Shown piece by piece: positions 44,444-49,851 of a stretch of DNA of 49,851 bases. Within the stretch, counting starts at the first letter, position 1, and each line of letters begins with the position of its first letter. Source of the DNA: a virus. Lineage: Duplodnaviria; Caudoviricetes. The notes below the pieces were generated by a model. It saw only the letters and a program-made list of their open reading frames with translations, ran no database searches and was not told the DNA's origin. Both the position numbers and the translations under genes were made by a program. Location of the stretch: positions 1 to 49,851 of the IMG/VR virus record IMGVR_UViG_3300025875_000041, one strand, 5' to 3'.

Positions 44444-45330
44444 CCCAGCCCTGCGACATGTGCAGCCAGCCCAGCCAGACCCCGACATGCCCCCGGTGCC
44501 TCGGCTACCAGGCGTGGGCCGGCAAGGACTCCGCCGGTGCGTCACCGACCCGCCTGGCCAAGACGAAGCCCAACCTCGAGGCGCTGCCCGGCCTGGTCGC
44601 GGCGCTCGCCCGATGCGTCACCGAAGCGCCCGCTGACGCTGGTGGCGGTAGCGGAGGCAAGCCCGGGTCGAAGCCGCCGATGCGCCTCGACGTTGTGCAC
44701 CTTGTCGACGAGCGCGAGAAGCCGCTGTGGTGGGGCGAGGACCCGCGCGAAGCCGATCTGCAGGACCGGTACGGCGTCACGTGGTCGCTGCACGCCTGGT
44801 CGCGCGTCGTCTGGGAGGAGATGCCCGACGCGGACTTCCTGGCCGAGACGCCCACGACCGAGACCGAGAGCACATACCTGCTGGCCGCGTGGACGTGGAT
44901 CGGGCAGCAGCAGTGGGCCGACGAGTTCTGCGACGACGTCAACGCGCTCGCCCGCAAGTGCCGTGCCGGACTGGGCATCCGTCCCGAGCTGCGGCTGTCG
45001 TGCCGCTACTGCCACGACCTCGTCCAGCCCGTCGACGCCAAGCACGACGTGACCACGTGGGAGGCGTGCGCGTACGGCCTGTGCCGCGGGTGCGGTCGGG
45101 ACTACCCGCTTGGTCCGGCCCTCGCGGCGCTGGGTCAGGTGCAGGACCCGATGACGCTCAAGGCCATCTCGGCAGCGACCAGCCTGCCCGAGCGAACCCT
45201 GCGACGGTGGTCCGAGCTCGGGGCGATCAAGCCAGCACCGGACTCGGCAGGGCGCCGACGCGGGCGCCTGTTCGACCTGGCCGAAGTGCGGGCCGCGGCG
45301 AGGACCTTGAACCGGTCGCTTGCAGGGTGA
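44440..45330 (+). CDS. Zn-finger plus C-terminal HTH protein; candidate late-gene regulator
   Basis: Several CxxC pairs; LPERTLRRW..G-I..LFDL-EV; last early gene before a promoter. Confidence 0.6.
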   Translation: MTQPCDMCSQPSQTPTCPRCLGYQAWAGKDSAGASPTRLAKTKPNLEALPGLVAALARCVTEAPADAGGGSGGKPGSKPPMRLDVVHLVDEREKPLWWGEDPREADLQDRYGVTWSLHAWSRVVWEEMPDADFLAETPTTETESTYLLAAWTWIGQQQWADEFCDDVNALARKCRAGLGIRPELRLSCRYCHDLVQPVDAKHDVTTWEACAYGLCRGCGRDYPLGPALAALGQVQDPMTLKAISAATSLPERTLRRWSELGAIKPAPDSAGRRRGRLFDLAEVRAAARTLNRSLAG

Positions 45331-45348
45331 ATGACAGCCGTGTAATCT
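45320..45348 (+). promoter_or_regulatory. Candidate late promoter
   Basis: TTGCAG-17 nt-TAATCT. Confidence 0.6.
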
Positions 45349-45378
45349 TACGGCCACTTGGGCGTACTGCTATGCCCT

Positions 45379-45420
45379 GAAGCGCCGTCGAGCTCACGCT
45401 CCGGCGCTTCTGTCGTCTTC
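45379..45420 (+). terminator. Terminator-like hairpin in the late leader
   Basis: GAAGCGCCG / CGGCGCTTC stem with inner GAGC/GCTC, followed by TGTCGTCTTC. Confidence 0.55.
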
Positions 45421-45550
45421 CGGCTGCACCGCTACCTGCCCGGCGTGGAACCCGGCGACGGGAACGGCGGCAGCGGCTTCCCGCTAGCGCTCGCTAGACC
45501 ACCGCGCGTGGCCGGAACCTCCGTGCTCGATCCCCGTCAAGGAGACCCAC

Positions 45551-45832
45551 ATGCCGAAGTCCAAGCCCGGCGCGCGCTGCCGGTACGCCGGTGAGGAGCC
45601 GTTCGGCACGCTGCCCGACGGCATCCGCCCCGGCACTGAGGTCACGGTCCGCGAGCTCGTGCCCGCCGGGGAGGCAGGCGCCCACACCGACACCGAGGAC
45701 TCCGTCGTCGTCGAGTGGGAGCAGGCCGACGTCGCCTACGACGACCAGGGCGCCGCGTCGCTCATCCACCGCTCGCGCGCCACGTCCATCGCCGCCGACG
45801 TGTTCGGTGACCTGTTCGAGGCGGTGGCCTGA
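45551..45832 (+). CDS. Hypothetical protein
   Basis: AAGGAG RBS; 93 aa. Confidence 0.7.
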   Translation: MPKSKPGARCRYAGEEPFGTLPDGIRPGTEVTVRELVPAGEAGAHTDTEDSVVVEWEQADVAYDDQGAASLIHRSRATSIAADVFGDLFEAVA

Positions 45833-46245
45833 TGCCGTTCACCACGACGATCGTCGGCGCGCAGCGCTACCTCGACGCCATCACCGGCCGCGCCGCAGCA
45901 GCCGCGCGCACGACGTACCTCGCCGCGCTGACCGCCGCGCCGACGCGGACGACGACGCTGGCCACGATGGCCGAGGTCGCCGTCGCGGGCTACGCCCGCC
46001 AGACGTACGTGCCGACCGCGCCGACGTCGGCGGACCCGCCCGTCACCGGGCTGAGCACCGCCGACACGTTCGGCCCGTTCACCGGCGACCCGCCCGCGAT
46101 CACGCACCTCGCGCTCGTCTCGGCGTCGTCCGGCACGACCGGTGACCTGGTCGGCTACTGGGCGGTCGACACCGCCAAGGACGTCGGCATCGGCGATTCC
46201 GTCACTGTCGCATCCGGTCAGGCCACGATCTCCGCGACGTCCTGA
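45832..46245 (+). CDS. Probable virion structural (fibre-associated) protein
   Basis: YLA-LT--P..EV..GYARQ..ITH..GD pattern. Confidence 0.6.
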   Translation: MPFTTTIVGAQRYLDAITGRAAAAARTTYLAALTAAPTRTTTLATMAEVAVAGYARQTYVPTAPTSADPPVTGLSTADTFGPFTGDPPAITHLALVSASSGTTGDLVGYWAVDTAKDVGIGDSVTVASGQATISATS

Positions 46246-47294
46246 TGCGCCGCACCACCGCCACGCCGCTCGCGGCCCTTGCCCTGGTCGTCGGGCTGCT
46301 CGCCGGCACGACCGCTTCAGCGGCCACGGCGAACGACGCAGCTTGCCGCAAGGCGACCGTCTCCGGCTCTCCCAGCACCACCGAGCTGCTCGCCTACGAC
46401 GCGTGCCGGTTCGACAGGCTCGACGCCGCTGTGGCCGCGCTCAAGCCGATCTCCCCGTCCCCGAGCCCCAGCGTCACCACCCCGCCGACCGCGAGTACGG
46501 CTCCGACCAGCCCGGGCCCGACGCTCGTGCCCACATCTTCGCCAAGCCCGACCAGCAGCCCGACCCTCGGTGCGAAGCCTGGCCCGTCGAACACCGGCGT
46601 CCCGGACGGCACCACCCTCACGGCGTACACGGGTCCGACGACCATCACCACGGCCGGCACCGTGATCGACGGCAAGGACGTCAGCAGCGCGCTGCGCATC
46701 GAGGCGAAGAACGTCGTCATCCGCAACTCGAAGATCCACGGGTCCGACGCGATCGGGATCGACACCACCGACTCCGGCGGCCTGACGATCTCCGACAGCG
46801 AGGTCTACGACTTCGAGACCGGGCTGGTCTACAGCAACTTCACCGCCGTGCGACTCGACCTGCACGACCTGTCGTACGACGGGGTGAAGCTCAGCAGCAA
46901 CGCCACGGTCCGCGACTCGTGGATCCACGCGCCGAAGCCGACCCCCGATGCGCACTGGGACGGCATCCAGGTCCAGAACGGTGTGGTGAACACCCTCATC
47001 CAGGGCAACAACATCGACCCGAGCGGGGCAGACACGAACTCGGCGCTGTTCCTGTGCCCCGACCTCGGCCCCACCACAGCCGGCCCACTCACCGTCACCG
47101 GGAACTGGCTCAACGGCGGCAACTTCACCGTGAACGTCCTCGACGGCAACAACGGGCAGTACTTCATCCGCGACATCCGGGTGACGAACAACCGCTTCGG
47201 TCCCGACCACAAGTACGGCTACTCCAACGTGAACGTGCCGATCACCCAGTCGGGCAACGTCGTTGACGCCACGGGTGCGCCGCTCGCCCTGTAG
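46245..47294 (+). CDS. Signal-peptide-bearing right-handed beta-helix protein
   Basis: MRR plus hydrophobic stretch plus ASA; Pro/Ser/Thr linker; PGPSNTGVP, NVVIRNS, HWDGIQ. Confidence 0.75.
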   Translation: MRRTTATPLAALALVVGLLAGTTASAATANDAACRKATVSGSPSTTELLAYDACRFDRLDAAVAALKPISPSPSPSVTTPPTASTAPTSPGPTLVPTSSPSPTSSPTLGAKPGPSNTGVPDGTTLTAYTGPTTITTAGTVIDGKDVSSALRIEAKNVVIRNSKIHGSDAIGIDTTDSGGLTISDSEVYDFETGLVYSNFTAVRLDLHDLSYDGVKLSSNATVRDSWIHAPKPTPDAHWDGIQVQNGVVNTLIQGNNIDPSGADTNSALFLCPDLGPTTAGPLTVTGNWLNGGNFTVNVLDGNNGQYFIRDIRVTNNRFGPDHKYGYSNVNVPITQSGNVVDATGAPLAL

Positions 47295-47303
47295 GAGCCA
47301 ACG

Positions 47304-49211
47304 GTGCCGATCGTTCAGCAGGCGTCCGGCACCTTCACGGGGTCGAGTCTCACCCCGACGCTGCCCGCCGCGTCGTCGGCGGCTAACTGTGTCGTCGTGT
47401 TCGTCGCTGCGAACACGACCGTCGCCACCCCCGCAGGGTGGACGTTGCGCGCCTCGCAGGTCAATCAGATGGGGCACTACCTGTTCGACCGGCAGGGCGT
47501 GTCGCTGACGTCGGTGACGATCACCAACAACGGCGGCGGCACAGCCGGCACGTGGTGGATCGCCGAGATCCAGGGCGGCGTCTACAACACCTCGCTGGGC
47601 CAGAACAACACGAGCAGCCAGACGACGTACAACACCGCTTCGCTCACGCCAGCCGCTGGCAACCGGATCCTGATCGCGTCCATCGGCTCGACGACCAATG
47701 GCGCTGTCGTCCGCACGACGTCCGGCTGGACGAACGGCTTCGTCGAGCAGGCCGACGTGTGCGCTCCGACTGCCGACTACCCGATGCAGGCTGTTGCAGT
47801 CCTCGACGGGGTCACGGCCACCGGTTCTGCGGCGTACAGCACGACGACGACGTACAGCGCCTTCAGCACGGGCCGCACGGCGATCATCGCGTCGTACGCC
47901 ATCAGCGCCAGCGGCAGCGGCGCCGCCTCACCTGTCACCGCGTCCGGATCGACGGGCACGACCGGCTCGGCCGCGCTCACCACCACCGCCCAGCCGACCG
48001 CGTCCGGATCTACGACGACATCAGGCGCGGCCACCCTGGCCGTGCCCGCTGCGGTCGCCGCTTCTGGCTCCACCGGTACGACCGGCCAAGCAGCGCTGAC
48101 CGCGACCGCACCGCTGACCGCGAGCGGGTCGACCACACCCACAGGGCCTGCGGCACTGACCCCCACGGTCCGGCTAGCCGTCAGCGGCTCGACGGGTCCC
48201 GCCGGCCAGGTCACGCTGACCAGCACCGTGCGCGCCACCGCCTCTGGGTCCACCGCACCGACCGGATCGGCCGCCCTCAGAGCGACCGCGCCGGTCACCG
48301 CGAGCGGCTCGACCACGGCGACCGGCTCCGCGTCCTTCGGCAGCTCCACGACCCCGGCCACCGCCGGCGGCACCACGGACCCCACCGGGTTCGCAATCGC
48401 CACCGCAGCCGCCCGGGTGACAGCGGCCGGCACCACCAGCCCGACCGGGTCAGCTAACGCCACCAGTTCGGCCAGCGTCACCGCGACCGGAACCTCCGCG
48501 GTCACCGGCCAAGCCAGCGTCACCGCCGCAGCACCGCTCGCAGCGAGCGGATCGACCGTCCTCACCGGGACCGCTGGCCTAGCCGCACAGCAGTCGCTCA
48601 CCGTCGCCGGCTCAACGACCCCGTCGGGCAGCGCCGCACTGAGCGCGGTCAGCCCGCAAGGCGTCACCGTGTCGGGGTCGACCAGCCCCACCGGCCAAGC
48701 TGCTCTCACCGTGCGCGCCCTGCTGACCGGCAATGGCGCCGCCGTTGTCGACGGCCACGCCACGGTCGTCGCCCAGGCCACAGTGACCAGCAGCGGCACC
48801 ACCGCACCGACCGGCACGGCTGCGCTCGGCGCCACTGGCCAGTCGGCCATCACCGCGTCGGGCAGCACCAGCACGACCGGCGACGGTCAGCTGCAGCCGC
48901 TCGTCGTGCTTACCGCGTCCGGATCCACCAGCACCAGCGGCATCGTGCAGACCCGCGCCACCGCCACGCCCACCGCGGCGGGCGCCACTGCACTCGCCGG
49001 GCAGACCGCGCTCACCGCGCTGCTCCAGCTGGCTGCGTCCGGCAGCGTGCGCGTCACAGGATCAGCGAGCCTGGCTGCAACCAACGAAGAGCCCGCCCAC
49101 GACTACACCTTCGCCGGCCACCTCGACCCGCGCAGATGGACGGGCACGCTCGACCAGCGGGCCTGGTCCGGCCACCTCGAGCCCCGATTGTGGGAAGGAG
49201 CGCTCGCGTGA
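47304..49211 (+). CDS. Repeat-rich fibre-like protein
   Basis: AGGAG RBS; about 19 repeats of ~20 aa (ASGSTxxTGxAxL...). Confidence 0.75.
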   Translation: MPIVQQASGTFTGSSLTPTLPAASSAANCVVVFVAANTTVATPAGWTLRASQVNQMGHYLFDRQGVSLTSVTITNNGGGTAGTWWIAEIQGGVYNTSLGQNNTSSQTTYNTASLTPAAGNRILIASIGSTTNGAVVRTTSGWTNGFVEQADVCAPTADYPMQAVAVLDGVTATGSAAYSTTTTYSAFSTGRTAIIASYAISASGSGAASPVTASGSTGTTGSAALTTTAQPTASGSTTTSGAATLAVPAAVAASGSTGTTGQAALTATAPLTASGSTTPTGPAALTPTVRLAVSGSTGPAGQVTLTSTVRATASGSTAPTGSAALRATAPVTASGSTTATGSASFGSSTTPATAGGTTDPTGFAIATAAARVTAAGTTSPTGSANATSSASVTATGTSAVTGQASVTAAAPLAASGSTVLTGTAGLAAQQSLTVAGSTTPSGSAALSAVSPQGVTVSGSTSPTGQAALTVRALLTGNGAAVVDGHATVVAQATVTSSGTTAPTGTAALGATGQSAITASGSTSTTGDGQLQPLVVLTASGSTSTSGIVQTRATATPTAAGATALAGQTALTALLQLAASGSVRVTGSASLAATNEEPAHDYTFAGHLDPRRWTGTLDQRAWSGHLEPRLWEGALA

Positions 49212-49474
49212 CCGGCACCCCGCACGAGACCGACGAGCTGCGCCCCTTCACCGTGCTGGTCAACCAGCAGCCCATCACAACAGCCGACGGCGTCAAGGCC
49301 TGCATCGTCCAGGCCGGCGACCGCCCCACCGTGTGGGTGGATCCGGTCGTGCGTGACGGCAAGACCCTGATGCGGGTGGCCGGGCTGGCTCGTGGTGCGT
49401 ACGACACGTGGGCCCAGGTCAGCCGAGGTGACGAGGTAGCAGTCATCTACCTCGGTCGGCTCTACGTCGACTGA
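49208..49474 (+). CDS. Small beta-rich hypothetical protein
   Basis: AAGGAG RBS; GTGA overlap; G-YDTWAQV..E..VI. Confidence 0.65.
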   Translation: MTGTPHETDELRPFTVLVNQQPITTADGVKACIVQAGDRPTVWVDPVVRDGKTLMRVAGLARGAYDTWAQVSRGDEVAVIYLGRLYVD

Positions 49475-49773
49475 TGCACGATCGCGCCAGCACCACCGAT
49501 CGCGGCTACGGCAACGAGCATCAGCGCGAGCGGCGCAAGTGGCAGGCCAGGCTCAACGGTGGCCGAGTCGTGCAATGCACGTGTCACGGCAGCTGCAAGC
49601 GGCACAGCGGTCAGTGTGAAGTGATGATCGACCGCGAGACACCGAGCGACCAATGGGACCTTGCGCACAACGAAGGGCAGCAGGGCTACGCGGGACCTTG
49701 GTGTAGGTCCTGCAATCGCGCAGACGGTGCCGTGCGGTCGAACGCACCCAAGTTGATCATTCGGGAGTGGTGA
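49474..49773 (+). CDS. HNH-like endonuclease, probably packaging-associated
   Basis: RGYG-EHQ-ER..WDLAH..GP-C-SCN; would precede terS after circularisation. Confidence 0.75.
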   Translation: MHDRASTTDRGYGNEHQRERRKWQARLNGGRVVQCTCHGSCKRHSGQCEVMIDRETPSDQWDLAHNEGQQGYAGPWCRSCNRADGAVRSNAPKLIIREW

Positions 49774-49851
49774 CCCCCCGTCCAGAAGATCCAGACGTCA
49801 CCGGCACTTGCCTCCGCCAGCAGCCAAAAATTCTCTCGACACGTTTCACGA

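Larger units (their letters stand above)
1..49851. mobile_element. Temperate actinobacterial siphovirus genome (complete or near complete)
   Basis: Full syntenic set: terminase, portal, protease, capsid, tail, tape measure, lysis, tyrosine integrase, repressor, WhiB, and an HNH at the right end that would precede terS on circularisation. No host housekeeping genes seen. Confidence 0.95.

Overview
This window looks like a complete or nearly complete ~49.9 kb genome of a temperate, GC-rich actinobacterial siphovirus, opened just before the small terminase gene. The order is packaging/head/tail genes (57-22352), a lysis region interrupted by a small divergent regulatory/HNH insert (22403-27455), leftward accessory genes and a probable attP carrying the 5' half of tRNA-Ala(UGC) (27563-29226), a rightward accessory cassette (29505-31641), integrase/ImmA-like/repressor/excisionase (31672-33891), early recombination, nucleotide and replication genes (33888-45330), and a late promoter with extra virion-type genes and a packaging-type HNH (45320-49773). 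No lysin B is evident, which suggests a host without mycolic acids (inference). The most unusual signals are: a PKD domain split between two adjacent glycan-active tail genes; an EEP phosphoesterase whose first conserved motif lies upstream of any standard start codon and could be reached by +1 slippage from the endolysin; a second EEP domain fused to a baseplate protein; mirror-image leaderless promoters with three operator-like repeats upstream of the lysis genes; an attP with the 5' rather than 3' tRNA fragment, 2.5 kb from int; a catalytically altered ImmA-like protein; an orphan Xre/MbcA/ParS-type antitoxin; and a fragmented replication initiator around an iteron array flanked by paralogous genes. 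All family calls come from motif recognition by eye and synteny; no database searches were run. Many start codons were re-picked from RBS or stop/start overlap and differ from the ORF track.
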